A stretch of 64,000 bases of DNA from a bacterium (GTDB taxonomy: Bacteria > UBA10199 > 2-02-FULL-44-16 > JAAZCA01), in NCBI GenBank assembly GCA_041648665.1, contig JBAZOP010000003.1:5082-69081 (forward strand), in the 5' to 3' direction. Under the pieces are notes generated by a model. That model saw only the letters and a program-made list of their open reading frames with translations. It did no database searches and had not been told where the DNA came from. Within the stretch, counting starts at the first letter, position 1, and each line of letters starts with the position of its first letter. Below, piece after piece: positions 26,843 to 37,085 of this stretch. The translations under genes and the position numbers were made by a program.

Positions 26843-28021
26843 ATGGCCATCAGCCTGCGGCTCTACCAGAGGGAGGCGGTGCTCGGCACGCGTGTCCAGT
26901 GGCGCGCGGGTAGCATCCACACCCTCATCGCCTTGCCAGTTGCAACTGGGAAAACATGGATATTCTGCTTTATGATCCACGCGATTCGCGCGAACGGGCT
27001 GCGCTGCCTCGTTCTGGTGAATCGTGACGAACTCGTCGAGCAGACGGTTCAGAAGCTCGCGCGCATCGGGATCCGTCCTGGGATCGTCAAGGCAGACCGC
27101 AACGAGTGGTCACGCGACGTTGTGGTGGCTTCCGTGCAGACGCTCTGGAGCAAGCGCAGGCTCTACATCATCCCGCCGAACCGCTTCTCGCTCGTCGTTG
27201 TGGATGAGTGTCATTACGCGAACTCCCCCGGCTATCAGCGCGTCCTTCAATACTTCGGCGAGGCCTACCACCTGGGGTGCACGGCGACGCCCTTCCGCGG
27301 CGATCACAAATCCCTGGCCGACGCGGGCTGGCAGAGCGTCGCCTACGTCTACCCGTGGCACAAAGCGGTCGAGGACGGCTGGCTGGCCCCGCTGCGCGTC
27401 GAGCGGCTCCAGACGACAACGACCCTGGTTGGCGTGTCCTCGAAGTCCGACGCGATGACCGGACAGACGGACTTTACGGCGAGTCGCCTTTCCTCGCGCA
27501 TCAACACGCCGACTCGGAACGACGCTATCGTGCAGGCATGGATCGATAGGATTTCCCCGCGCCGCACGCTTGGGTTCTGCGCAACGGTCGAGCACACCGT
27601 GTCGCTCGCGAACGCCTTTCGTCGCAGGGGTATCGAAGCGCACGCGATCTACGGCGAGATGGGGCCGCGCGAACGCCGCGTGCTCATCGATGGGCACAAG
27701 CGGGGCCGCTTCCTCGTGCTGATAAACTGCCAAGTTCTCACGCACGGCTACGACGACCCGGGTATTCAGGCGATCATCATGGCGAAGCCGACGCAGAGCA
27801 AGGTGCTCTACATCCAGTGCGTCGGGCGCGGTCTGCGACCCGACCGAGACCACGGCAAGCAGGACTGCGTTCTTCTCGACGTTGTGGACATCTCCGATGA
27901 GCACTCGATGGCGATCAACGCAGAGGTGGCGGGGCTGCTCGGGGAGTTCGGCCAAGATCGCGCGATTGCCGATGGCGCGGTTCCGGAGCTGAAGGGGCCG
28001 GAAAGTTGTGAGGAAACTTGA
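26843..28021 (+). CDS. SF2 DEAD/DEAH-box helicase (Res-subunit-like)
   Basis: LYQREAV (Q motif), LPVATGKT (motif I), VVDECHY (motif II), TATPFR (motif III) and QCVGRGLR (motif VI). Confidence 0.7.
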   Translation: MAISLRLYQREAVLGTRVQWRAGSIHTLIALPVATGKTWIFCFMIHAIRANGLRCLVLVNRDELVEQTVQKLARIGIRPGIVKADRNEWSRDVVVASVQTLWSKRRLYIIPPNRFSLVVVDECHYANSPGYQRVLQYFGEAYHLGCTATPFRGDHKSLADAGWQSVAYVYPWHKAVEDGWLAPLRVERLQTTTTLVGVSSKSDAMTGQTDFTASRLSSRINTPTRNDAIVQAWIDRISPRRTLGFCATVEHTVSLANAFRRRGIEAHAIYGEMGPRERRVLIDGHKRGRFLVLINCQVLTHGYDDPGIQAIIMAKPTQSKVLYIQCVGRGLRPDRDHGKQDCVLLDVVDISDEHSMAINAEVAGLLGEFGQDRAIADGAVPELKGPESCEET

Positions 28022-28041
28022 TCATCATGTAGGATACCGCC

Positions 28042-29913
28042 ATGGGTAACGGCATCTACTCACCTAGGTATTTTGCTCTTCCTGACATCATCGGGCTCGC
28101 GACCCACCTGGAGGACGATCCAGCGGTCAGCGGGGACCGCGGCGTTTTCGCCCTGGCGGTGCGAAACGACCTTGCCGCGACAATTCTCACAAGCGCGAAC
28201 GGCGACTACAGCGGGATTGCCGTAGACGACCGGGGGCGGCTTTTCACGCTCAGTGGTCCGTCCCCGGCGGGGACGTGGCAGACGCTGCGTGTCTTCGCCG
28301 CGACCATCGCTGACGTTGCGACGCCTGCGGTGATTCAGGTGCTTGGCCCTGGCGCTGTCAACTTGGCCGGTCTCGTCTACCCCGTGAACGCTCTCATCGG
28401 CTTGACCGTCACGATCAACGGGCAGACGTGCACGTTCATCGCGGCTGACGTTGTCAGCCAAGCGGCAATCCTCAACGCGCTCAACGTCGGCATGCCCGAC
28501 ATAACGTGGACGGACCCTGGGAACTTCCTGCTCGCCACGAAGGACACGCCCGGCAACATCGTTCTCAGCGGCACTGCGCTGGTGATCCTCGGGCTCAATC
28601 TGCTGCCAGCTACGACGGGTCCGTGGGTGGCGTTCCCGGTCAGCTCTCCGATGATCGAGATCGGATACCCTCCTGGCTTCAGCGTGGCGAACGCTCCGCA
28701 GGAAGTCATCCTTCGGGTGTGGCGGCTGAGCGGGGCCACGGGGGGTGTTGCGGACATCTGCGGAGAGATGCGGATGAACGCGACGGACATCAACTCGCAG
28801 GAGTCGCGCCGGTTCAGCTTCGACGGGACACACGCCTACGCGACTGTGGAGTTCGTGGGGGGCACAGCTCCGACGATCACTGGCACGCTCGACATCCGTC
28901 CGGTGTTCGATGGCGACCAAGCAATCGAGGCCCCGACGTTCCACGCGGTTGGCCCGAGCATTCTCGCCCACGACTTCTGGGACAACGCCCCGACGCAGGC
29001 CGTCTACAACTACTCGACCCTCAAGGGTGACGGCACGGCGGTTCGGCTGGCGAACACCACGATCACGTTCACCATCACGCCCGGCCTGACGGCTCCGATT
29101 TCGTCGCAGCTTTGCCGGGTGCGCGTGTTCATTGATGCGACCACCAAGCCGCTTGTGTGGGAGCAGGGGCGCAACGCGATCCTGAGCATCGCGGCGGGAG
29201 TCATCACGGTCAACGCGCTCGACGGCACTGTCATCACTGTGCCCGTTGCAGCAACGCTCGTGGAGGTGATGTGGAGCGGGCCGGAGAAGGGCGTAGCGTT
29301 GGAAGACAGCGCGCACGTATCCGGCGAGTACATCACCAAGGGCGGGCGTGTGCGGCGGGACGTGCCCGTGAACAGCGCGGGATCGGATGGCGAATGGTGC
29401 GCGCCGGGCACTGACGCAGACGGATACGACTACACGCGCGACAAGGCGTATGACGCGGCTGGCAACGACAACCGCGTTGCGGAGATCGCGCCTTTGTGGT
29501 CGAAAAATGTACTGACTCCCATCAACGTGATTGCGGCGGCGCAGAACATCGCTGTGGCGTGGGCAGACCTCGGCCCTGAGATCGGTTGCCAGGGGTACAA
29601 GACGTTCTGTCTCCAGGTGGACGTGGACATCAACACCTGCGTCAACGTGAGGTTCCGTGCACTTGCCCTCACGTCGGCTGGTGGCGCGAAGGAGTTTGCG
29701 CTGCCGTGCAAGGTCGTGGATTCGACAGCAGCAGCGTGGCTCGTGAAGGTGCAGCCGCACGTCTACGAGCTTGACCTGGACGTAGACCAGAAGCAACTCC
29801 TGGACTGGGTGACGGACAACGCGATATCGACCATTCAGTTTCAGGTTAGTTGTGAGTCCATGCCCGGGGCTGCGGGCCAAGTCCTCACGGCTGAACTCAC
29901 CTACGGGTACTAG
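28042..29913 (+). CDS. large beta-rich virion structural protein candidate
   Basis: 623 aa, Gly/Thr/Val/Ala-rich with low charge, typical of capsid or vertex proteins. Located at the head of a structural-looking module. Confidence 0.35.
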   Translation: MGNGIYSPRYFALPDIIGLATHLEDDPAVSGDRGVFALAVRNDLAATILTSANGDYSGIAVDDRGRLFTLSGPSPAGTWQTLRVFAATIADVATPAVIQVLGPGAVNLAGLVYPVNALIGLTVTINGQTCTFIAADVVSQAAILNALNVGMPDITWTDPGNFLLATKDTPGNIVLSGTALVILGLNLLPATTGPWVAFPVSSPMIEIGYPPGFSVANAPQEVILRVWRLSGATGGVADICGEMRMNATDINSQESRRFSFDGTHAYATVEFVGGTAPTITGTLDIRPVFDGDQAIEAPTFHAVGPSILAHDFWDNAPTQAVYNYSTLKGDGTAVRLANTTITFTITPGLTAPISSQLCRVRVFIDATTKPLVWEQGRNAILSIAAGVITVNALDGTVITVPVAATLVEVMWSGPEKGVALEDSAHVSGEYITKGGRVRRDVPVNSAGSDGEWCAPGTDADGYDYTRDKAYDAAGNDNRVAEIAPLWSKNVLTPINVIAAAQNIAVAWADLGPEIGCQGYKTFCLQVDVDINTCVNVRFRALALTSAGGAKEFALPCKVVDSTAAAWLVKVQPHVYELDLDVDQKQLLDWVTDNAISTIQFQVSCESMPGAAGQVLTAELTYGY

Positions 29914-29922
29914 GAGATCGTC

Positions 29923-30444
29923 ATGGCTATCGGTGCGACGGGCTTCCGCTCTGGCATCAACGACACGATCATTCTTTCCGCCAACCTCAAGACGCTGGTG
30001 GGGGCGCTCGGCACCATCTACGTGCCTGTGTTCCGCATCACCGGGGTGCTGCGCATCCTGCGGTTGTGGGGCATCGTGAGCACACAGATCGGCGCGAATC
30101 ACACAGCCGCCAGCTTCCGCTTGAACGACGCGGGAGGTGCCCCCAAGCAGATTTCGTTGTTGGCTGGGCCGGACCTCAGCGGGAAGGTCGCCGGGACGTG
30201 CATCAATCGCAAGGGGCTTGTCACCCTGGCACTGGCCGTATGCGACGCTGCGGCGTGCGGCTTCACCGACCCGGTATACGAAGGCAGCACGGCTGACACC
30301 GAGTTCATCGTGCAGCAGAAGTTCGGCGTGAACACGGACATCGAGTACGTCTACACCACGACGGACAACCCGACGACCGGGGCCATCCAGTTCTACTGCG
30401 AGTACCAGCCCAGGAACGTAGACGGCTCTATTGCGGTTATCTGA
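29923..30444 (+). CDS. small beta-rich structural protein candidate
   Basis: 173 aa with jelly-roll-like composition. Confidence 0.3.
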   Translation: MAIGATGFRSGINDTIILSANLKTLVGALGTIYVPVFRITGVLRILRLWGIVSTQIGANHTAASFRLNDAGGAPKQISLLAGPDLSGKVAGTCINRKGLVTLALAVCDAAACGFTDPVYEGSTADTEFIVQQKFGVNTDIEYVYTTTDNPTTGAIQFYCEYQPRNVDGSIAVI

Positions 30445-30452
30445 GGTGAATC

Positions 30453-30797
30453 ATGGCGAAGACGATTGCAGAGTTGGCCCCGACGCTGGTTGCAGGCGGG
30501 CTGAGCGAGACCGAGATCAAGGACGCTGCGCACGCAGAGCCGGTGGTGAAGCCGCCTGCGCAGGATGCGCCCATTCAGCCGAAGCGATACCGGGAGGCGA
30601 TGGCGCTGCTGCTTGCGGAGCCGGGCATCAGCGATGCGGACGTGGTGAAGCGCGTTGCATCAATGCGGCTCGACGTGGTGGCGAAGCTGCGCGGCGAGGT
30701 GGCGGCGGTGAAGGCAGACAAGACAGCCGTCGTCACGCCGGTCGAGGAAGCGAAGCCGCTGGAGCCGGTTGAGGGCGACCCCAAGGTGATCGGATGA
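30453..30797 (+). CDS. hypothetical Ala/Glu/Lys-rich protein
   Basis: 114-aa ORF. Confidence 0.4.
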   Translation: MAKTIAELAPTLVAGGLSETEIKDAAHAEPVVKPPAQDAPIQPKRYREAMALLLAEPGISDADVVKRVASMRLDVVAKLRGEVAAVKADKTAVVTPVEEAKPLEPVEGDPKVIG

Positions 30798-31462
30798 GCA
30801 TCCAGCCCGTACACGTCGCTGGGGATGGACTGGTCTGGTCCTGCGAGTTCTACAACTCGCTGTGCGTCTCGGACCAGGGAGGCGTGGTCATAGCTGGTGC
30901 GCCGGTCATCAACAAGGGCGTGACGGCGAGCGGGGACAACACGGACCTGATCCGGTTCAGCGGCAACGCTACGAACCTGCTCATCGGCGCGACGCGGGCG
31001 ACGTGGCGCGTGAAGTTCCGCACGGGGGCGAACGTCTTCAATGACAACATGCCGCTGACTCGCTACACAGCAGCGGGCAATGGTTCGTTCTGGTTTGGTT
31101 CGTATGGGGCAGGCGTTTTGGATGGTCGTCTCGCCAATCCCGCAGGAGCAGATCGTATTCATCGTTACACGGGCATCTTGGCGAACTCGGAGTACGATTT
31201 CACCTTCACGTACAGTGGACCTGGGGCACGCTTTCTTGCGTACCTCAACGGTGCTCCGGTCGCGTTTCCTTCTGCTTCTGGAGCCTTCCCCGCGTCATTG
31301 AACATCTACAACGGCCCGCTGGAAGTGTTCGGGCTGGCCGGGGTGAAGTACGCGCGCACTGGCTTCAAGCTCTACGCTGCCTACGTGTTCGATTTCGAGA
31401 TGGACGCTGCCGCAGTTGCGGACTGGTACGCGAAGACCACGAACCGGGAGATCACGCCGTGA
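30794..31462 (+). CDS. concanavalin/LamG-like structural protein candidate
   Basis: 222 aa, beta-rich. Translationally coupled to its neighbours. Confidence 0.3.
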   Translation: MSIQPVHVAGDGLVWSCEFYNSLCVSDQGGVVIAGAPVINKGVTASGDNTDLIRFSGNATNLLIGATRATWRVKFRTGANVFNDNMPLTRYTAAGNGSFWFGSYGAGVLDGRLANPAGADRIHRYTGILANSEYDFTFTYSGPGARFLAYLNGAPVAFPSASGAFPASLNIYNGPLEVFGLAGVKYARTGFKLYAAYVFDFEMDAAAVADWYAKTTNREITP

Positions 31463-32124
31463 GCCGCCCCCTCATCTGGTTGCCGCTGCAAGTAGCGTAC
31501 GTCGATGCGGGGCTCATGGTCACGCCCAACCTGGGCTCGGCCAGTAGCACGGTTCTCGTTGGTGACGGAACGACGGCTGCGAGGATGCCCGCGTTGGTCA
31601 GCCCCAGCGTCAACCTGCGCCACGGGATGACATGCCCGACGAATTTGCGTTATCTGCGCGGGACTATTCCAGCGCTCGGAAGTGACGGCACGCTGGTTTG
31701 CCAATGGATATTTCCAGACACGCAGGCCGCAGCATCAGCTTCCATCATGCAGATAGGTACGGGAGTTATCGGTGCCGGGGAGGTGCTTCTCTACGTTGTG
31801 TATGGCACCAAAACCCTCTATGGCTTTTGGGGCGGGGTGGCTGGCCCAGTGACAGCAGCGGTCTTCATGGCTGGACTGCACACTCTAATGCTTTCGTCGG
31901 CTGCCGGTCTCGCTTCTCTGTACTGGGACGGTCGGTTGGTTGCTGGTCCAGGCGCTATTGCCGCTCCTGTTACGGCTACGGACTGGTGCGCCATGGGAGA
32001 CCCCGTGGTCGCATACGATACGACGGCTGGCATCATGGCGCACGCTTCCGTCTGGCCCTTCGGCTTCACGGGCCAGCAGGCGAGCATCATGCACCAACGG
32101 TTGACGAAAGACCTCTCATGCTAG
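31459..32124 (+). CDS. hypothetical beta-rich protein
   Basis: 221-aa ORF. Confidence 0.35.
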   Translation: MSRPLIWLPLQVAYVDAGLMVTPNLGSASSTVLVGDGTTAARMPALVSPSVNLRHGMTCPTNLRYLRGTIPALGSDGTLVCQWIFPDTQAAASASIMQIGTGVIGAGEVLLYVVYGTKTLYGFWGGVAGPVTAAVFMAGLHTLMLSSAAGLASLYWDGRLVAGPGAIAAPVTATDWCAMGDPVVAYDTTAGIMAHASVWPFGFTGQQASIMHQRLTKDLSC

Positions 32125-32264
32125 ATCGCCCCAAGCTGGTCTCTGACCTCCCCGACCCGCCCGTGCTCACGGAAGCGGACATCGAGCGCTTGTACGCGCA
32201 GGAGCGCGCGTGGACTGAGTGGCTGCGGGAGAAGAAGGAAGCGATGGAGGCGATCCGTGGCTGA
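32118..32264 (+). CDS. small protein (48 aa)
   Basis: ATG is in frame and couples to the next gene. Confidence 0.25.
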   Translation: MLDRPKLVSDLPDPPVLTEADIERLYAQERAWTEWLREKKEAMEAIRG

Positions 32265-34845
32265 CACGATGGTCAACGAGTTGCGCGCGGCCTCCCGGCT
32301 GCAACTGGAGCTTCGCTACCAGCGTGGGAGTCTGCTCGACCTGAGCCCGTCTCCGCTTGCTGCGCCTGCCCTGGCTGATACGCCCATGTGGATCGAAAGC
32401 GAGAAGGGCCGGGGCATTGCAACGCCGATTGCGCGCGGGAGCCTGAACTACGGAGCCGCTGCGAAGCTCGACTTCGGGGCCACCGGAGCGTTCTTCTGCG
32501 CCTTCGTTGCGCCGCCTTCCGGTGTGGACCACGCGCTGTTCCGCAAGATGAACTACGGTGCTGGGACGAACGGCTACTGCTTCTTCGTTGGTGCAGGTGG
32601 TGGGTTGGTGTTTCAAGTGGGGGATGCGATAGGCAATGTTCTTGCGGTCAACAGATCGCTCACGCCCGAGATGGCTAGGATGCGCGCGAACACATGGTGC
32701 GTGCGCTGGACTGGCGGGCAGGTGTGGGCTGATTTCAACGGGGGGAACGTCGTATCTGCGGCTGCCATGGTGAAGACACCGACGCCAGCGGGTCAGAACT
32801 TCATCGTGGGGCGTGATGCGGTGGTTGATTTCGCGAACCCGTCGCCGCTGCTGGAGCTTGTGGCGAGCAACACGTTCCTAACGGCAGCGGAGTCGGCGCG
32901 GCTCTATTCTGACTGGCTACGCGAGACGTATCCGAAGGATCTGGCGAGGCGTGGCTTCGTCTACAAGTACCCCTCCAAGAACGCGACCGAGTACGCGGCG
33001 GCGGGGATCGCGCTGGACACCGACTTCGGATCCGAGATGAACGGCACCACGCGCCGGATCCGTGACCTGACGAACAACTACCCGGGGACGATCACGGGCG
33101 TCGTCATCCCGGGGCAGAACGGGGAGGGGCAGAAGACATCTTCTACTAATGATGGTGTAGACTGGGGTGCGTTTACTCCACTAAACAGCGCGGCGTATTT
33201 CAGCCTGGAACACTGGCTCGAATTTCCCGCTGGAAACATTGCCGTGGGCTACATTGATTGGAGAATCAGTGGCGCTGACGGTTGTGCCATAGGTAACATC
33301 ATTGCTGCTGCCAACCCGCAGAAACTTGCATTTCGCGTCATCAACGGAACTGGTGATGCGGCGACGACGACAGCACAGTTGCGCGGAGGAACGCGACAGC
33401 ATTTGCTGTGCGTGTTCAACGGCCCTGGAGCGACGAATCCGGAAAAGGGTCAGGTCTACATTGACGGCGAGTCGGTGCCACTAACCTTCGCCTCGAACTT
33501 CCCGGCCACAACGGCTAATCTGGCAGCGCGCCAGTTGTACACCGGGCAGGGCCTTGGAGTGGCAGGACTTCCAGCAACGCATCACGGCCTACGTTTTTAT
33601 TCAGGCGTTGCCCTGACCCCCACCCAAGCTCGCGCCGCCTACGTGAACAACTTCGCCAAGAAGCTGCTCCTTCGCGAGACTCTTGAGGACGTGCCCGTGT
33701 CCCTGGTGGCGTCCGTGGGAGCGGGCGGCAAGATCGGGCCGTGGGATGTTATCTATGGCACCTGGAAGTGTAGCGAGACCTCGGACGGCAAGAGGTGGCT
33801 GGAGTGCGTGACGGCTGGAGATGCTGTCGTGCCTATCCCGGACTGCTCGTTCGGTACGCACACCTTCTACGTGCAGAAGCACCAGTTGCCCTCTGACACA
33901 CGCATTGTCCTGGGGACATCGCGCTCGCCTGTAGGCACTGCGCTCGCCGGGTCGAATGGGTACTGCACGATCCTCGACGACAACCGGCGCGTGAGAATGA
34001 GCCGCTACACTGCGGGCATCATCGACGCAAACCTGTGGGTGACCGCCAACAATTTCTACGCTGTGGACACGACGTACCAGTTCACCGTTGCGCGTCGCGT
34101 GTCCGATGGTCGCTTCCAGCAATGGATCAAGGGCGGCGCGTACACGGTTGACACAACCACGGGTGGCCCAGCGGCTGACGCGACGTACACGGGGCTGGCG
34201 TGGCTGCACTTCCAAGGTGGAGCAGGCGACAAGCTCTGCCTGTACGACCCTCGCGATCCCACCGTTGCGTTCAGCGTGTACCAGGGCTGCTTGAACCCCA
34301 CGATGGGCGAATTGCCCTCGTCCGTTTTGCTGAACATGCTGCGCTACAGCGAGCAGTTCGACAACGCGCTGTGGACGAAGGCGAACCTGACCGTCACACC
34401 GAACGTGGCTGCGAGCCCGTTCGGTACGCCAAGCGTCGTTGACCTTCTCACCGCAACGGCAGGCGCATCGACAGCCGTCATCGGGCAGTCCGTCACCGCC
34501 AACCCCGCTGCGCAGTACACGCAGTCGGTCTACACGAAGGCATCCGTGGGGACGGCCTTCACGCTGCACCTCGCAGACACCGTGACCGGCGAATGCTCAG
34601 CGGTCTTCAACCCGGCAACGGGCGCGCTGACCACGCTGACCGCAGGAGTCTACGGCAACGTGTCGGCGGGCTCAGAGGCTCTCCCCGGCGGCTGGTGGCG
34701 CTACTGGATCAGCGGCTCGCAACCGGCAGCACAGACCACCCTGCGCTCGTACACGTCGCTGCCGAACAACGCGGACGCGATCTACTACTACGCAGAGCAG
34801 CTTGTGCAGGGACCGTGCGCGGGCGCTTACAGGGAGACGCAGTAG
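32257..34845 (+). CDS. large fibre/receptor-binding-like protein
   Basis: 862 aa, Gly/Thr/Ala/Asn-rich with lectin-like composition and a C-terminal WWRYW motif. Confidence 0.4.
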   Translation: MADTMVNELRAASRLQLELRYQRGSLLDLSPSPLAAPALADTPMWIESEKGRGIATPIARGSLNYGAAAKLDFGATGAFFCAFVAPPSGVDHALFRKMNYGAGTNGYCFFVGAGGGLVFQVGDAIGNVLAVNRSLTPEMARMRANTWCVRWTGGQVWADFNGGNVVSAAAMVKTPTPAGQNFIVGRDAVVDFANPSPLLELVASNTFLTAAESARLYSDWLRETYPKDLARRGFVYKYPSKNATEYAAAGIALDTDFGSEMNGTTRRIRDLTNNYPGTITGVVIPGQNGEGQKTSSTNDGVDWGAFTPLNSAAYFSLEHWLEFPAGNIAVGYIDWRISGADGCAIGNIIAAANPQKLAFRVINGTGDAATTTAQLRGGTRQHLLCVFNGPGATNPEKGQVYIDGESVPLTFASNFPATTANLAARQLYTGQGLGVAGLPATHHGLRFYSGVALTPTQARAAYVNNFAKKLLLRETLEDVPVSLVASVGAGGKIGPWDVIYGTWKCSETSDGKRWLECVTAGDAVVPIPDCSFGTHTFYVQKHQLPSDTRIVLGTSRSPVGTALAGSNGYCTILDDNRRVRMSRYTAGIIDANLWVTANNFYAVDTTYQFTVARRVSDGRFQQWIKGGAYTVDTTTGGPAADATYTGLAWLHFQGGAGDKLCLYDPRDPTVAFSVYQGCLNPTMGELPSSVLLNMLRYSEQFDNALWTKANLTVTPNVAASPFGTPSVVDLLTATAGASTAVIGQSVTANPAAQYTQSVYTKASVGTAFTLHLADTVTGECSAVFNPATGALTTLTAGVYGNVSAGSEALPGGWWRYWISGSQPAAQTTLRSYTSLPNNADAIYYYAEQLVQGPCAGAYRETQ

Positions 34846-34893
34846 GGCGACGGCGCGCGTGACGAAATTCGTAACACGGGGTACTATTCGGCC

Positions 34894-35520
34894 ATGGATG
34901 AGTTCACTTACGAAGGCGCTGGGCAGAGGCAATGGTCGGATTCCGAGCTTTTCCCGAGGGCTCCTCTTCAGATCCCGGGCATGGATGCCGGTCCTCCGCA
35001 GCAGACCTTCCAGCAGCCCATGCAGCCGCAGATGCAGCAGCAGCCCATGGCTCAGCCTGGGCAGGGCAGTCCGCGCCAGCAGGAGCCGCTGTTCGTGGCT
35101 CCGGGGACCAACCCACAGAACGACCCGTTCGCGCCCCCATCCGCTCGCAGCTACGCGCACCCCAGGCTTGCCCCCACGTGGCAGCACGCCTCTGTGGGGG
35201 CCGTTGCGGGCACGGACACAGTAGATGCTGTGCACCGCCTGCTGGTCATCGGTCTGGGGGTGGGACTAGGCTACGCCGCCACGGGCAGCTGGAAGGGCGC
35301 TGCTTCGGGCGGGCTTCTGGGCATCGGCGTGAACCAGATCGGGCAGTTTGCGCTGACGAAGTCGCTCCCGAGGCTTCTGGCCGGGCTCGGCGGGCTCGGC
35401 GGGGGCGGCTACTGGATGTGGAAGCTCAAGGGAGGCCGTCTGCCTGCTGCGATCGCCAACCACACGCCGAAGTGGCTCAAGCCGTGCACAGAAAACTGCG
35501 GTGACGGCCCCGAGGAATGA
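34894..35520 (+). CDS. membrane protein with Gln/Pro-rich N-terminus
   Basis: QQPMQPQMQQQPMAQP low-complexity segment followed by two Gly-rich TM helices. Confidence 0.45.
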   Translation: MDEFTYEGAGQRQWSDSELFPRAPLQIPGMDAGPPQQTFQQPMQPQMQQQPMAQPGQGSPRQQEPLFVAPGTNPQNDPFAPPSARSYAHPRLAPTWQHASVGAVAGTDTVDAVHRLLVIGLGVGLGYAATGSWKGAASGGLLGIGVNQIGQFALTKSLPRLLAGLGGLGGGGYWMWKLKGGRLPAAIANHTPKWLKPCTENCGDGPEE

Positions 35521-35551
35521 TCGTACAATACGCGCCTCCGGAGGTGATCAC

Positions 35552-36598
35552 GTGACAGCAAGGAAGAGTACGGCAGAACTCGGTACCGAGCGGCTACTTC
35601 GTCCCGGTTGGAACTTCGAGATCGACTACGACGGCATCGGCGGGAACGTCCCAGTCGTTTTCACATGGCCCACGCCCGCGGTCCCGCTTGCTGTCAACAC
35701 GCCGGATCTGTCGGTCCTCGACGATGAAGCGAGAAGCGATCCTCCCCCGGACGGGATTTCTCCCGTACTGACGAAGTTCGTGCCGGTCGCATGCGGTTCG
35801 ACGATGCTTTTCTTCATCCCGATCGTACCTGCCGAGAACCCGGCCCCGGCAGACAAGTGGATGTACGTTTGGAAGATCCTCTTCCGGTGGCGCAGCGCCG
35901 CGGACTGGGTGCGCAACAGGCGGAAACGCAAGGCCTACCAGATTGGCAAGACGACGCTTGCCTGCCCCGATACGCGTGTCGATACCGTCTACGGGCGCAT
36001 CAGCCAAGTCACGGGCGTCCAGCTCCTGGTTGCGGGCAACCGTTACCTCATGCCCGTGACGAGCGAAGCTATCATCTACGGCAAGCCCGAGCAGAACATG
36101 ATCCCCGCGGTGCCACCTGCGTACCCACCGCAGCTGGACACGATCCTGCCCGACAGCGCATCGGTCCCGGCGAGCGCGAGCATGGTCGGGGCCTCTCCCT
36201 TGTACCCGGGCTATTCGCTGATGGCGGCTGGCGACATGCACACGATGGATCATCAGCAGGGCGTGCTCGATCCGAACTTCCCTGGCATCACGCCCGCTCC
36301 AGCAAATCCCAACGGCTTCAGGCCGACGCAGGCCACGCACCTGACCAAGTGGATCAAGAGCGCTGGCAACGAGTTCGTGGTCGAGGTCTTCAAGTTCAAC
36401 TACGTGGACCCGGCTCAGCCGCAGACGTTCACGCCCCGCAACTGGGACTTCAACATCGCCGCTGGCATCCCGCAGCCGGGCTCCGAAGACTACCCGTTCA
36501 GCGTCATGTTCGGCATCGGTGGGCAATCGTCCGTGCCCGCGCATACGATCACCCCGTACACAGGCGTGAGGGTTGTATCGGGCCTCGCGCCGTTGTAG
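35552..36598 (+). CDS. structural protein candidate
   Basis: GTG start 8 nt after GGAGGTGA. 348 aa, beta-rich. Confidence 0.35.
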   Translation: MTARKSTAELGTERLLRPGWNFEIDYDGIGGNVPVVFTWPTPAVPLAVNTPDLSVLDDEARSDPPPDGISPVLTKFVPVACGSTMLFFIPIVPAENPAPADKWMYVWKILFRWRSAADWVRNRRKRKAYQIGKTTLACPDTRVDTVYGRISQVTGVQLLVAGNRYLMPVTSEAIIYGKPEQNMIPAVPPAYPPQLDTILPDSASVPASASMVGASPLYPGYSLMAAGDMHTMDHQQGVLDPNFPGITPAPANPNGFRPTQATHLTKWIKSAGNEFVVEVFKFNYVDPAQPQTFTPRNWDFNIAAGIPQPGSEDYPFSVMFGIGGQSSVPAHTITPYTGVRVVSGLAPL

Positions 36599-36623
36599 TA
36601 GTTGGACGATAGGAGAACCGAAC

Positions 36624-37082
36624 ATGGCGAAAGAACTCAACCCATCCCAGTACGGCATTTTTGCCGGTTCCGAAGCGCTCGGCGATATGGACGACCCCGC
36701 TCCTTCGAGCGATGGGACCGGCTACAAGAAGCGCCGCTACTGCGAGTATTGCTCTGCGGTCAATCAGGTCGAGATGACATGGGCGGAGCTGTACTGCTTG
36801 AGCTACGGCCTGCTGCCGCAGCAGGTTGGCCAGAGGATCCACAGGCCCGACATCTTCCCGACCATCTGGCAGTACAACCAGAAGCACCAGTGCTTTCACC
36901 CGCGCGCGTTCTGCCAGTGCGGCGACCCTCGCGCGATGCTGCTGTTCGACATGACCCCGACCGAAGCCGAACGGCTCGTGAGCACGGCGGCGCGCAACGG
37001 CGTCATGTCGCAGGAGCAGAAGGCCATCATCGGCGGCATCCAGCCGGTCGTCACAGAGCTTTCGGCCAACCGGCGGGGGTAG
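36624..37082 (+). CDS. Cys-rich protein
   Basis: AGGAGA RBS upstream. CEYCS...C...C...CQC. Confidence 0.4.
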   Translation: MAKELNPSQYGIFAGSEALGDMDDPAPSSDGTGYKKRRYCEYCSAVNQVEMTWAELYCLSYGLLPQQVGQRIHRPDIFPTIWQYNQKHQCFHPRAFCQCGDPRAMLLFDMTPTEAERLVSTAARNGVMSQEQKAIIGGIQPVVTELSANRRG

Positions 37083-37085
37083 TTC

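Noticed and set aside
28060-30102. 680-aa minus-strand ORF, and the similar ORFs 45326-47356, 57922-59427, 23251-24483, 36549-37514 and 33601-34569
   Set aside because: They lie antisense to the translationally coupled plus-strand block. They have extreme Arg/His content and no RBS or coupling signals.
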